Positions 37,723-48,300 of a stretch of DNA of 64,000 nucleotides are shown here, one piece after another (position 1 is the stretch's first letter; every line of letters starts with the position of its first letter). Where the stretch lies: positions 1,921 to 65,920 of the forward strand of contig JAILDK010000015.1 in assembly GCA_024689485.1 (NCBI GenBank), read 5' to 3'. The translations under genes and the position numbers were made by a program. This DNA comes from Fibrobacter sp. (GTDB lineage Bacteria > Fibrobacterota > Fibrobacteria > Fibrobacterales > Fibrobacteraceae). The notes under the pieces were generated by a model, which was given only the letters and a program-made list of their open reading frames with translations, was not told where the DNA came from and did no database searches.

Positions 37723-38172
37723 TTACTTGGCACGTGCCGCCAAGGCGCTAAAGACCTTGGCATACAGGTAGATTTGTTTCAAAAGGCTCGCAAAACCGTT
37801 TGCGCGCGTCGGCGAAAGCCCCTGCTGCAGACCGATATTCTGGAAGAATGCCGGGTCCGCGGAAAGGATTTCTTCCGGAGTGCGACCGTCATAGATTTTA
37901 AGAGCGAGAGCGCCCAGTCCACGGCTGATCAGCGGGTTCGCTTCCCCGACTTCCGTGTCCATGTGCAAATGTAAAATTCCGTCCTTGAATTCCGGAACGA
38001 GGAACATGCGAGAAGCGCAGCCCTTCACCAGGAACTTTTCGGCTTTCAGCTTTTCATCCATTCCCGGATGTTCACGGGCGATCTTCAAAAGATAAGCCCA
38101 TTTGTCGTCGGACGAAGTGAATGCGGCAAATGTCGCGCGAATTTCTTCTTCAACTTCTAGAATGCTTTTCAC
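37723..38172 (-). CDS. sufE: SufE-like cysteine desulfuration/sulfur acceptor protein
   Basis: Size is 149 aa. The conserved motif KGCASRMFL carries the acceptor Cys. LISRGLGALA is also present. Confidence 0.72.
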   Translation of the reverse strand: MKSILEVEEEIRATFAAFTSSDDKWAYLLKIAREHPGMDEKLKAEKFLVKGCASRMFLVPEFKDGILHLHMDTEVGEANPLISRGLGALALKIYDGRTPEEILSADPAFFQNIGLQQGLSPTRANGFASLLKQIYLYAKVFSALAARAK

Positions 38173-38186
38173 GGAACAATGACCTG

Positions 38187-39440
38187 TTAAATAAAGAACG
38201 ATTTCAGCTTCCAGAGGATGCTCGGCGAAGAGGCGAGCACCGCCCAGAAGATGCGGAAGATGGAGCGTTTTTCCACAGGGATCGAAGCGAGGCGGTGCGC
38301 CGCCTTGTTAAACTGCGCGTCCGAAATCCTTGCAAAACCGCTTTTTCCGCGGGAGTAATTCAAATGCGTCTTTCCCTGGATCTTCATCCAGCGGTCGTAG
38401 GCAGACTTTTCGATTTCGCGGCGTTCTTCTTCCGAAGTCGCGGCGAGCCATTCCAAGGCGCATTCCGCCGCAATCTTACCGCTCTTCATCGCTTCGACGA
38501 TGCCCGAACGGCTGATCGGGTTCACGGTACTTGCCGAATCCCCCGCCTTAAAGACGCCGTTCGCCGCAATCGGATGTTCCGACTGGCCACAGGGAATCGC
38601 ACCGCCGTGGAAAGCGAGAATCTTTGCATCCGGATAAGCTTCCTGGATAAATTTTTCGAGAGTCGCACGAGGCGGGTGCGTTTTTAGGAATTCACGACCG
38701 CCGACAAGGCCCACATTGACCGTTTGACCGTCACGCGGGAACACCCAGCCGTAGCCGCCTTCAAAATAGCGCTGACCAAAAAGGAGTTCAATGTGACGCG
38801 GGCTGTGCGGAACGCCTTCCGCAATCGCGAAAATGGCCGCTTCCTGATCAAAATCGCCTGTTTCGAGCGCTTCAAGGCCAGGAACGCGACGGGAAATCTT
38901 TGCACCGGGGCCCGTCGCATCGATCACGACCTTCGTTTTCAGGACTGCTTCAACCTCTCCCGAGCACACCGTGACCGCCCAAAGGCCGTTTTCAGCCGGG
39001 GCAATGCCGGAAACCCGATTTTCAAAATGGCATTCGACACCGAGTTCCGCCGCCTTATCCGCCATTTCATGATGGAAAGCGGCACGGTTCAAGATCAAAC
39101 CGCAATCCTTTTGGAAATATTCCACGCGCGTCATATCGGGCGACGTGAAATAGACGCCGTTCAGGTGCTGACGGATCCATTCCTCTTTCGGAGTCCAATA
39201 GCGGGAGAAAATTTTGCGGGAAACCGCTTCCGCACAGGCAACGGGCTCCTTCCACGGGGACTTTTTGTCGACGAGAAGCACCGCGAGCTTGCCAGCGGAG
39301 GCTTTTTGAAGGCAATTTGCAGCATAAAGCCCGGCTGGGCCTGCGCCACAGATGATTACGTCATAATTTTCCTTCAAATAGCTAGTCATAACCTGCAAAA
39401 TAGCTTTTTTATAGAAACATCTTATCTTTTTTTTATCCAA
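38187..39440 (-). CDS. FAD-dependent oxidoreductase, geranylgeranyl-reductase family
   Basis: The dinucleotide-binding motif is DVIICGAGPAGLYAA. GD-type motifs lie further downstream (AGDSAS). Size is 417 aa. Confidence 0.72.
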   Translation of the reverse strand: MDKKKIRCFYKKAILQVMTSYLKENYDVIICGAGPAGLYAANCLQKASAGKLAVLLVDKKSPWKEPVACAEAVSRKIFSRYWTPKEEWIRQHLNGVYFTSPDMTRVEYFQKDCGLILNRAAFHHEMADKAAELGVECHFENRVSGIAPAENGLWAVTVCSGEVEAVLKTKVVIDATGPGAKISRRVPGLEALETGDFDQEAAIFAIAEGVPHSPRHIELLFGQRYFEGGYGWVFPRDGQTVNVGLVGGREFLKTHPPRATLEKFIQEAYPDAKILAFHGGAIPCGQSEHPIAANGVFKAGDSASTVNPISRSGIVEAMKSGKIAAECALEWLAATSEEERREIEKSAYDRWMKIQGKTHLNYSRGKSGFARISDAQFNKAAHRLASIPVEKRSIFRIFWAVLASSPSILWKLKSFFI

Positions 39441-39509
39441 AGTGTGTTTTTTAATTTATTTTAGGTGCAACGTAAATTTTGATTGGACTCTTACAAAGGG
39501 ATATATAGA

Positions 39510-40934
39510 ATGAATATGCACCTCAATTTGACATCCAAGTTCGGTGTCTTGTTGCTCGCATCCATGACCGCTGGCGCATTTGCCCAGCAGACCGACTGGA
39601 GCGGCAAGGATATCAACGTTTCTTTCCGCAGCAAAAACATCGATGGATTCAACTTTGAAAATGCGAAGGCAGTCAAGAATGTGACGGACTTTACCGGTTC
39701 CAATGCAACGCATGAACCTGTCAACTTCCGCGGTTCCGATCTCCGTGGCGTAAAGTTCCAGAACTCCGTGATGAACGATCCGGACTTCCGCGAAGCCAAT
39801 CTTGAAACCGCCATTCTTTCCGGCGCAGACCTCCGTGGCTCCGACTTTAAGGAAGCCAACTTGAAGGGCGCAAACCTCTACCGTGCAACTCTCCTGGACT
39901 CCCGTTTCCCGAAGGCAAACCTCGAAAACGCTCGTTTGGACGCTATGAAGGTTTCCGACCAGGCAGACTTTAGCGACGCAAACCTCAAGAACGCATCCTT
40001 CATCGACGTCGACTTGACCATGGCCGACTTCAGCGATGCAAACTTGACCAACACGAACTTCTCCCGCTCCTTGATGGGTGCAGCGAACCTCGACGACGCT
40101 ATCATCGTCAAGACGGACTTCACGGCTTGCAACCTGATCAACGCAAACTTCAGTGGCGTGGAACTCCGCGATGTGAACTTCACCAAGGCCGGTCTTTCCA
40201 AGGCTGACTTCGGCGGTGCCAAGTTCATCAATGTGAACCTCCAGAGCGCAGACCTTTCCTTGACCGACTTCAATGACGTCGATCTTTCCAAGACTCAGCT
40301 CCAGAAGGCTTCCTTCGCCCAGTCCAACCTGAAGAACATGGAATTCAACGGCCAGGATCTTTCCGGCGTGGTCTTCGATAAGGGCGTCGTCACTAAGAGC
40401 TCTTTCGAAAAGGCTAAGATGAACAAGGCTTCCTTCTTCGATGGCGAAGCAAGCAAGAGCATCTTCCGCGGCGCGATCATGCAGAAGGCGATCTTCGACG
40501 GTACCTACGTCTTCAAGAACATCTTCGATAACGCAGACCTCACCAAGGCAAACTTCTCTAACTCGACGATCAGCCGTACGAGCTATGACCTTGCCAACTT
40601 GACCGGTGCAAACTTCTCCGGTGCCAAGCTCGACAACGTCACCTTCCTCAACGCAAACATGCAGAACGTGAAAATCGACGCGGACACCAAGATGGAAAAC
40701 GTTGACTTCTCCGGTGCAGACCTCACCCACGCTCACATCGAAAAGTTCACCGCCAAGAAGGTGATTTACGATGCCAAGACCAAGTTCCCGGACGGCTTCG
40801 AACCGCGTAAGTACGGCTTCACGAAGCTCGGCGAAAAGGCTGTGGAAGTCAAGTCTGAAACCGCAAGCGATCAGCCGAAAAAGAAAAAGAAGCGCCGTAA
40901 GAAGTCTGCAGATGAAGCTGCAGGCATCGAATAA
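39510..40934 (+). CDS. exported pentapeptide-repeat protein with a polybasic C-terminal tail
   Basis: Signal peptide (..MTAGAFA-QQ). About 70 consecutive A(D/N)LxX pentapeptides follow (ADLRGSDFKEANLKGANLYRATL...). The tail is KKKKKRRKK. I trimmed the start to the ATG at 39510. Confidence 0.85.
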   Translation: MNMHLNLTSKFGVLLLASMTAGAFAQQTDWSGKDINVSFRSKNIDGFNFENAKAVKNVTDFTGSNATHEPVNFRGSDLRGVKFQNSVMNDPDFREANLETAILSGADLRGSDFKEANLKGANLYRATLLDSRFPKANLENARLDAMKVSDQADFSDANLKNASFIDVDLTMADFSDANLTNTNFSRSLMGAANLDDAIIVKTDFTACNLINANFSGVELRDVNFTKAGLSKADFGGAKFINVNLQSADLSLTDFNDVDLSKTQLQKASFAQSNLKNMEFNGQDLSGVVFDKGVVTKSSFEKAKMNKASFFDGEASKSIFRGAIMQKAIFDGTYVFKNIFDNADLTKANFSNSTISRTSYDLANLTGANFSGAKLDNVTFLNANMQNVKIDADTKMENVDFSGADLTHAHIEKFTAKKVIYDAKTKFPDGFEPRKYGFTKLGEKAVEVKSETASDQPKKKKKRRKKSADEAAGIE

Positions 40935-40998
40935 GCCTCCAATCAAATTTGTCAAAGACTGTCACTTTTCCCAAGTGGCAGTTTTTTATTTTTAAAGC

Positions 40999-42381
40999 AT
41001 GGCTAAGAACGATACCGAATTTTATTGCAAGGAATGTGGCGAAGTCACTTCCAAATGGGCTGGCAAATGTCCGCATTGCGGCGCATGGTCCAGCCTTGTC
41101 GAACGTCCCGTCGAAAGCAAGGCGACCCGCCGAGGGCTCGGCCATAATAGCCTCGACACCGACGGGCTTTCCGGCGTGCCGCGAAAGCTCGCCGACATCG
41201 AAACGACGGCAACAAAACGGTTGAGTTCCGCAAGCCCCGAATTCGACAGAACGCTCGGCGGCGGCTTTGCCCCAGGCTCTCTCGTTCTGATCGGCGGCGA
41301 TCCGGGCATCGGTAAATCGACGCTCGTGTTGCAGACGCTTGCCACCATGGCAAGCGCAGGCGTCAAAGCCTTGTACGTGAGCGGCGAAGAGAGCGCGGTG
41401 CAGGTCAAGCTTCGCAGTGAAAGGCTCGGAGTTTCGGGCAGTGACCTTCTGCTGCTCTGCGAAACGAACCTCGACAAGATCCTCGAAAAAGCGAAAGCGA
41501 TCCAGCCGGAAGTTCTCGTGATCGACTCCATTCAAACGGTTTACAATGCCGATTTGCCGGGAACTCCGGGCAGCGTTTCACAGCTTCGTGAAAGCACCCT
41601 TTCGCTGATGGTATTTGCCAAGAATACGGGCTGTATTACAATCTTGATTGGCCATGTGACAAAGGACGGCCAGATCGCAGGTCCGAGAATTCTCGAACAC
41701 ATGGTGGACACGGTCGCCTATTTTGAAGGCGATCGCAATGGGCAGTACCGCATTCTGCGCACCATCAAGAACCGTTTCGGCGCAACCGATGAAATCGGCG
41801 TCTTTGAAATGACCTCCGGCGGGCTCGTGAGCGTATCGAATCCGAGCAAAATCTTCTTGGATGCGACGAACATGAATTCTCCGGGTAGCGTCGTCAGCTG
41901 TACTATAGAAGGTTCGCGCGCGATGCTCTTTGAAACGCAGGCGCTGGTGAACCAGACAAATTACGCGGTCGCCCAGCGTGTAGCCGCAGGCATCGACCAG
42001 AAACGTTTAACGATTATCCTTGCCCTGCTCGACAAGTTCGGCGGGATTCCCATCGGCAACTCCGACGTCTTCGCAAGCATCGCCGGCGGCTTAAAGATTG
42101 CCGATACGGGAACGGATCTTGCAATCGCCCTCGCGATTGTCTGCAACCATTTGGGCATTTCCCTGCCGCCGCATACGATTGTCATCGGCGAGCTCGGGCT
42201 TTCGGGAGAAATCCGTTCTGTCAGCCAAACGGACCTGCGTGTGAAAGAAGCGCAGCGCCTTGGCTTTGAGCACATTCTTTTGCCCGCATCCGCCAAGGTT
42301 TCAAAGTCGGCAAAGATCGACATCATCCGCTTCAAGCGTTTGGAAGAAGCGGTGCAATTTGTACAGGATCAAAAAGGCTAA
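40999..42381 (+). CDS. radA: DNA repair protein RadA
   Basis: N-terminal zinc ribbon CKECGEVTSKWAGKCPHCG. Walker A is GGDPGIGKST. The KNRFG motif and a Lon-like C-terminal domain are present. Confidence 0.93.
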   Translation: MAKNDTEFYCKECGEVTSKWAGKCPHCGAWSSLVERPVESKATRRGLGHNSLDTDGLSGVPRKLADIETTATKRLSSASPEFDRTLGGGFAPGSLVLIGGDPGIGKSTLVLQTLATMASAGVKALYVSGEESAVQVKLRSERLGVSGSDLLLLCETNLDKILEKAKAIQPEVLVIDSIQTVYNADLPGTPGSVSQLRESTLSLMVFAKNTGCITILIGHVTKDGQIAGPRILEHMVDTVAYFEGDRNGQYRILRTIKNRFGATDEIGVFEMTSGGLVSVSNPSKIFLDATNMNSPGSVVSCTIEGSRAMLFETQALVNQTNYAVAQRVAAGIDQKRLTIILALLDKFGGIPIGNSDVFASIAGGLKIADTGTDLAIALAIVCNHLGISLPPHTIVIGELGLSGEIRSVSQTDLRVKEAQRLGFEHILLPASAKVSKSAKIDIIRFKRLEEAVQFVQDQKG

Positions 42382-42387
42382 GCGAGT

Positions 42388-42882
42388 TTAGAGCGAACGT
42401 TCCAAGACCTGGAAGGTCGTTTCGTAATCGTCCTTTTCGGACTTTCCGATATGCTCTTCGCTTAAAAGTTTCCAGCCTTCTCCGAGAGGCGGCATTTTGA
42501 CGTCGCCATCGATTTCGGCATGGACTTTTGTCAGGTAAAGCTTTGTCGCCATCGGCATGGCACATTCATAAACGCGAGCGCCGCCGATGATGAAAAGTTC
42601 TTCTTCCCCACTCTGTTCCGCGATCTTCAAAGCCTGTTCCATGTCACGGACCACGGTGCAACCCGGAGCTTCAAAAGCCGCATTCCGAGAAAGCACTAGG
42701 TTTACACGGTTCGGCAGCGGACGTCCGATGTCTTCATAGTTCTTGCGACCGAGCAAAATATGATGCCCCGTCGTAATCGCCTTAAAGCGTTTTAGATCCT
42801 GCGAAAGATGCCAGGGCAAGTGTCCATCTTTTCCGATGACACCGTTGTCAGAGACTGCGACGATAACCGAGATTTTCATCAT
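42388..42882 (-). CDS. folA: dihydrofolate reductase
   Basis: [28 protein letters not shown] and IIGGARVYE. The start ATG overlaps the thyA TGA (ATGA). Confidence 0.9.
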   Translation of the reverse strand: MMKISVIVAVSDNGVIGKDGHLPWHLSQDLKRFKAITTGHHILLGRKNYEDIGRPLPNRVNLVLSRNAAFEAPGCTVVRDMEQALKIAEQSGEEELFIIGGARVYECAMPMATKLYLTKVHAEIDGDVKMPPLGEGWKLLSEEHIGKSEKDDYETTFQVLERSL

Positions 42883-43691
42883 ACTGCAATCGGAGCCTTG
42901 ATGGTCGGCCACGGGTCATAGTTTTCTAAGGAGAAGTCTTCGAACTTGAAGTCGAACAGGTTCTTGACATCCGGATTCATCTTCATCGTCGGAAGCGCAC
43001 GCGGGGTGCGGGAAAGCTGTTCCTTCGCCTGTTCAAAATGGTTGCTGTACAGGTGCAAATCGCCGAACGTGTGAACGAATTCCGCCGGTTCGTAATCGAG
43101 AACCTGGGCGAGCATCAAAGTCAAAAGCGAATAGGAGGCGATGTTGAACGGAACGCCGAGGAACATGTCCGCACTGCGCTGATACAGCTGGCAGCTGAGC
43201 TTGCGCTTGCCGCTTGCGCCGACGCCGCCCACGTAGAACTGGAACAGGCAATGGCAAGGCGGCAGAGCCATCTTGTCGACTTCCGCCACGTTCCACGCGC
43301 AAACGAGGTGACGGCGGGAATCCGGATTGTTCTTGAGGCTATCGAGAAGGTTCTGGATCTGGTCAATGTGACCGCCGTCCGGTGTGGGCCAGCTTCTCCA
43401 CTGGTGACCGTAGACCGGGCCGAGATCGCCGTTTTCATCGGCCCATTCATCCCAAATCGTCACCTTGTTGTCGTGAAGATATTGGATGTTCGTATCGCCC
43501 TTCAAAAACCAGAGCAATTCATGGATGATGCTCCGCAGGTGAAGCTTTTTCGTCGTCAAGCACGGGAAACCTTTCGATAGATCGTAACGAGCCTGGCGGC
43601 CAAAGACGGAGCGTGTGCCTGTACCGGTGCGGTCAGAACGGTCCACCCCATTTTCCATAATGTCACGGAGTAAATCAAGATATTGCTGCAT
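42879..43691 (-). CDS. thyA: thymidylate synthase (ThyA type)
   Basis: [18 protein letters not shown], the active-site region LPPCH..FQFYV, and [17 protein letters not shown]. Confidence 0.95.
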   Translation of the reverse strand: MQQYLDLLRDIMENGVDRSDRTGTGTRSVFGRQARYDLSKGFPCLTTKKLHLRSIIHELLWFLKGDTNIQYLHDNKVTIWDEWADENGDLGPVYGHQWRSWPTPDGGHIDQIQNLLDSLKNNPDSRRHLVCAWNVAEVDKMALPPCHCLFQFYVGGVGASGKRKLSCQLYQRSADMFLGVPFNIASYSLLTLMLAQVLDYEPAEFVHTFGDLHLYSNHFEQAKEQLSRTPRALPTMKMNPDVKNLFDFKFEDFSLENYDPWPTIKAPIAV

Positions 43692-43751
43692 GGTTTCAAA
43701 TTAGTATTTTTAAGGCGTCCAGATTATGGGTTCTTTTTTTTAGAGGTTCTT

Positions 43752-44288
43752 ATGGGTATTGCGAAAAAGCCTCTCCCGGCGAAACTCGTCATGGGATTTT
43801 TGGCAAAAGACGCGGCTTTGATCGATGAAATTCGCCCGCGCCTCTGCAAACTCTATGGTGAAGAACTCGAAGTTTTGCCCGCATTCCCGTTCAAGTTCAC
43901 GAACTATTACAAGGACGAAATCGGCGAAGCTCCCGTGCGCGCATTCGTCACTTACAAGACGCTGATCGAACGCGAATCAATTGTGGATATCAAGCTTGCC
44001 ACGAATGACTTGGAGCTGGAATTTGCAAAAGAATACGGTACCGAAGGCCTGCGCCCGGTGAACCTCGATCCCGGCTACATGACGCTTGGACAATTCTTTT
44101 TGGCAACGACCAAGGATCAGCGCCAACGCGTGTACATCCGAGACGGCATCTACGTAGAACCGACCCTTTACTTTCAAGATGGACACTTTCACGCTTTCCC
44201 GTGGACGTACAGAGATTACCAAAGCCCAGAATACATTGAATTTTTGGAAAGAGTGAGAAAACAGCTGAAGAGGACGCTCTGCGGGTAA
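43752..44288 (+). CDS. DUF4416-family protein
   Basis: Size is 178 aa, with the characteristic NLDPGYM..QFFLAT.KD core. The call rests on motif recall only. Confidence 0.55.
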   Translation: MGIAKKPLPAKLVMGFLAKDAALIDEIRPRLCKLYGEELEVLPAFPFKFTNYYKDEIGEAPVRAFVTYKTLIERESIVDIKLATNDLELEFAKEYGTEGLRPVNLDPGYMTLGQFFLATTKDQRQRVYIRDGIYVEPTLYFQDGHFHAFPWTYRDYQSPEYIEFLERVRKQLKRTLCG

Positions 44289-44308
44289 GTTTGAAGAGGA
44301 ACCTTTTT

Positions 44309-44399
44309 AGTTATTAAGTATTAGTTATAAGTTATAAGTTATTAGTTATTAAGTATTAGTTATTAAGTATTAGTTATTAAGTATTAGTTATAAGTTATT
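44309..44399 (-). repeat. 13 in-phase heptamers (AGTTAT[TA]/AAGTATT), including the 14-bp unit AGTTATTAAGTATT x4
   Basis: Read directly with no phase breaks. This is the reverse orientation of the ATAACT heptamer. Confidence 0.9.
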
Positions 44400-44426
44400 A
44401 GTTCTGCAGAAAGGAGCTTCTCTTCC

Positions 44427-44449
44427 GCGGGGAAAAAGTTCTTCTCCGC
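44427..44449. repeat. 7-bp stem hairpin in the core of heptad element copy 3
   Basis: GCGGGGA-aaaagttct-TCTCCGC, with one G-T pair. Confidence 0.6.
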
Positions 44450-44475
44450 ATAGAAAAAATCCCTTCCAAGAAACT

Positions 44476-44503
44476 CATAACCCATAACTTATAACGAATA
44501 ACT
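44476..44503 (+). repeat. four phased heptamers CATAACC CATAACT TATAACG AATAACT (right arm of copy 3)
   Basis: It matches the 28-bp element at 6075-6102 at 25 of 28 positions, with the same flanks (ACT...C). Confidence 0.85.
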
Positions 44504-44522
44504 CCTACTCAACACGTCTCTT

Positions 44523-45386
44523 CTACCGCAAAACGTTCTTTCTAAATTCCGGCGTCAGTGCTTCACAGGCTTTATTATCCGGGCGGGCTGCGTACGTTTT
44601 CAGTTCCTTGGTGAAGAATCCGGTGACTTCAAACGAAACTCTCCACACGCTCGCTTCCGGGCATTCTTCCCACGCTTGAATGTTCTTTGCGCGCCAAGAA
44701 TATTTGCCCTTTTTCTCATAAACAAAATACTCGGAAGTCGGAGCTTGATAACCGATCTGCTCCCAGGTTCCAATCGCATTATTCTTTTTGAAATAAGCCT
44801 TTTGCAGCGCATAAAAACGCGAAGCTTCCTGTTCGAGTTCCGTCACCTTGGCTGGGGTTTCGCGATTCGGATCGGTAAAATGCAGAATGATCCCAATGCC
44901 TACGACAACAAAAATCACAGCTCCTACAACAATCGCGATCAGGCGCAGACGCTTGCGAAACTCTTCCGGCAGTTCCTTCAAATCGCCACTTGCCGGTTTC
45001 AAAATATGCAGTTTTAAAAGTCCCTTCCCCACGAGCTTCGGAAGGACTTCACACGCAACTCCCAGAACAGCCATCAAAATTCCAAGAACAAAAACGAACG
45101 GTTTTACAGAAACCATGAGCGGCAAAAGATCCGTTTTGACCGACTGCACCACGGCCATCAACTGCTGGTCTTCCGAAAAACTGCTAAGCGCGATTTGCCC
45201 CGTGAAATTGCTATAACGCGCCAAGGCCAGTTCGACGACATGCGAAGCATAACCATGCGCATAATCCAGCACGCAGCCGAGAACGATAAAGACCGCTCCG
45301 ACCAAGAGAAAGCTGATTCCGAGGACTCGGACCGTGCGCGACTTCGAAAAGCCTTCTTCCGCCCAATCTTTTTCCTCGGAAAGCAT
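44523..45386 (-). CDS. polytopic membrane protein with a pilin-like C-terminal globular domain, function unknown
   Basis: Three to four hydrophobic helices are present. The C-terminal ~110 aa carry a motif resembling type IV pilin/pseudopilin heads (YALQKAYFKKNNAIGTWEQIGYQAPTSEYFVYE). The start lies 10 nt after the upstream stop. Confidence 0.5.
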   Translation of the reverse strand: MLSEEKDWAEEGFSKSRTVRVLGISFLLVGAVFIVLGCVLDYAHGYASHVVELALARYSNFTGQIALSSFSEDQQLMAVVQSVKTDLLPLMVSVKPFVFVLGILMAVLGVACEVLPKLVGKGLLKLHILKPASGDLKELPEEFRKRLRLIAIVVGAVIFVVVGIGIILHFTDPNRETPAKVTELEQEASRFYALQKAYFKKNNAIGTWEQIGYQAPTSEYFVYEKKGKYSWRAKNIQAWEECPEASVWRVSFEVTGFFTKELKTYAARPDNKACEALTPEFRKNVLR

Positions 45387-45395
45387 CCTTCCTCC

Positions 45396-48300
45396 TTACT
45401 TCGCCTTAGCGGCGTTCAATTCTATTGCAAGTTTCTTCGCCGTCGAGAAGTCCGCCTTGCCTGTACCGAGCTTCGGAACGACATCCACCTTGAAGGCTTC
45501 GCCCGGAATCATCATCGGAGGAATTCCCGACTTACGGATTTCACGGAGAACTTCATCCGCATCCTTATCGCCCGCGAACAAGAGAACAATCTTTTCGCCC
45601 TTGACTTCATCCGGAATCGCGACAATGATAAAGTCCATGCCTGCAATCGCGCCCGAATCGTTGATCTTCGCTTCGACAGCGCCGAGAGAAATCATTTCAC
45701 CGCCGAGCTTAGCAAAGCGGCTGTAACGGTCCACGATAATGACAAAGCCATCCTTATCAAGGTATCCCTTGTCGCCCGTTTTGTACCAACGATGTCCGTT
45801 GATTTCAAGAATCACGCTCTTCGTGCGTTCCGGGTCCTTCAAGTAGCCCTTCATAATCTGGCAGCCACCGACAAGGATCATACCCTGTTCGCCCTGCGGA
45901 AGTTCTTCGTCCGTAATCGGATCGATGATCTTCACGCCGACGCCCGGAATCGCCATGCCGACGGAATTCAAATTCGAGCGCGGATCCATGGTGAGGTAGT
46001 CGTCGAGAAGCACGTCTTCGGAGTTGTACGTGGCGACCGGAGCCGTTTCCGTGCAGCCGTAGCCTTCGTAAATTTCCTTCTTGAACTTGCGAGCAAACAG
46101 GTCTCGGATTTCGGGACGGAGCTTTTCTGCACCCGAAAGGACAAATCTCAAATGCTTGAAGCACATCGGGTGCACCCAGCGGTTGATGCCCACTGCGCGG
46201 AGGAAGGTCGGTGTGCCGACAAGGATCGTGACGCGGAATTCTGCGCAGACACGGGCCATGGTCTTCACATCGGTCGGTTCCGAGCAGGTCACCATCGGAA
46301 TGCCTTCAAAGAGCGGCAAAAGCACAGTCACCGTCAAGCCAAAGGAGTGGAAAATCGGAAGTTCCGCAAGCATCACATCGTGCGGATGAATACAAAGGAT
46401 CGCATTCGTCTGCTGGGTATTCGAAACGAGGTTCCGGTGCGAAAGCATCACCCCCTTCGGCGTTCCTTCGGAGCCCGAGCTGAAGAGGATCACCGCGGTA
46501 TCGTCCGGCTTAGCCGACTTCACATACAGAAGTTCGATAAGGCTTGTCGGCAAAACCACGGCCGAAGCGAGAGCGATGAAACGATAGAACGGATTCACCA
46601 CCTTGTCCAAATCTTCGACGCAAATGAGCTTGCAGACCGTGCCGAGCTTAAAGTAATCCTGACCGCGGTTCTGCATTTTATTCAGCAGAGCCCAGCTGGT
46701 AAAGACCGTTTTGATTTCAGAACGTTCAATGCACTTGAGGACCGATTCGACGCCCGAAGTAAAGTTCAGATGGACGCTCGTCTTGCCCGAAGTCCAAATG
46801 CCAAGCATCATGGAAACGCCTTCCGGAGACGGCGGAAGCATAAAGCCCACACGCTCTTCCTTGCGAGCGATCTTCTTCAAAGCATGCGCATAAATCAGAG
46901 CCTGCTGAATCAAGCCGTAACCCGTAAGATGGTTGCCCAGCGGGCTGTAAACCGCCACCCGGTGACGCACGCGGCGCTTCATCGCCTGCAGCCAGAACGG
47001 CACAATCGTCGGATAGTAAGACAGCGACTTGGACCAAGCGACCATCGAAAGTTCGCGCAAAATGTTGCGGAGCTTGGCCGTTTCAGTTTCTGCCGGGATT
47101 TCCTTGCCGAACGCAATGGAAACGATACTCGTGAGTTTTTCACCGAAGTTCACGTTTTCATCGGCATAGCTTCTCTTTCCACCCCAGACGCCCTGGATGT
47201 AGAACGGGATGAGCTTTGCACTCGTATCCTTGATGGCAGAAGAATAGTCCATCGAGAAACGTCCGATATTGCAAGACTTGGCAATTTCACCTTCCGGGAA
47301 GATCACGACCGCTTCACCCTGCAAAAGGGCCTTGCGGATCTGCGCCATGGCAGGCTCCGTATTGCGACGGTTAATGCGAATTGCGCCCAAAAGCTTCAAA
47401 ATCCAACGGGAATAACCGTGTTCCAGCTTATCTTCATTCACCGCCAAACGGAGCGAGCGCGGACTCGCCATCTGCAACAGCACCCAGTCGATATAGCTCG
47501 TATGGTTGCCGAGCAAAAGCACCGGACCTTCGAGCGGAATGTTTTCGTTGCCAATGATCTTCAAATCATAGCGGAACACATAATAGGCGCGGAACACCGT
47601 GCGAATGAGCGACTGCGGGAACCGGATAAACGCCCACACAAAAGCGGCGAGCAAGAAGAGCGAGAAGAAGAAGAGGAATGTTTGCTTGTCAATCGAAGTG
47701 TACTTAAGAAGCAAGACTTCCGACGCAATGACGAACACGAGGAAGAGCATCGTCACCATGTTCGACACAGCGACAATACGTCCCGAAGAAGCCGGTCTCG
47801 AATAGAGCAGCAACAGCGAATTCAAAACCGTGCCGAGAGCGCCAAAGAAAAGGCCGAGGAACGCATACAAGATGCGAACGAGAATCGGATTATCGACAAA
47901 CGGCACCAAAAAGGCGCACACGCCGCAGCCGAGGACCGAAACAGGAATCAAACCGACTTCAATAAACTGATGCGAAGAACGGGACGTCAGGTAACCGCCG
48001 AACATCATACCGACAGCCGAGAACACAAGACCGTTGCGAATGACCGAAAGGAATCCTTCGCCCGAAAGGCTCGACGACAGCAAAACGAACACCTGGGCAA
48101 GGCCCCAGAATACCGCAAGACCGATGATGATCACGCGCGAAAGGCTAATGTACCACGTCGCATGGAAAATTCTTCCCGGGGAACGGAACTGCAAAGATTC
48201 ACTATCCTTGGCCGTTTTCGGAATAAAGAAGGCCGCCACTTCCGAAAGCACCGCTACGCCGACAAAGATCCAGAGCAAATAATCCACGCCGAGGAGCGTC

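Noticed and set aside
44309-44399. Possible CRISPR array or coding tandem repeat
   Set aside because: The units are 7 and 14 bp with no spacers, far too short for CRISPR. No ORF spans the array and no cas genes are in the window.
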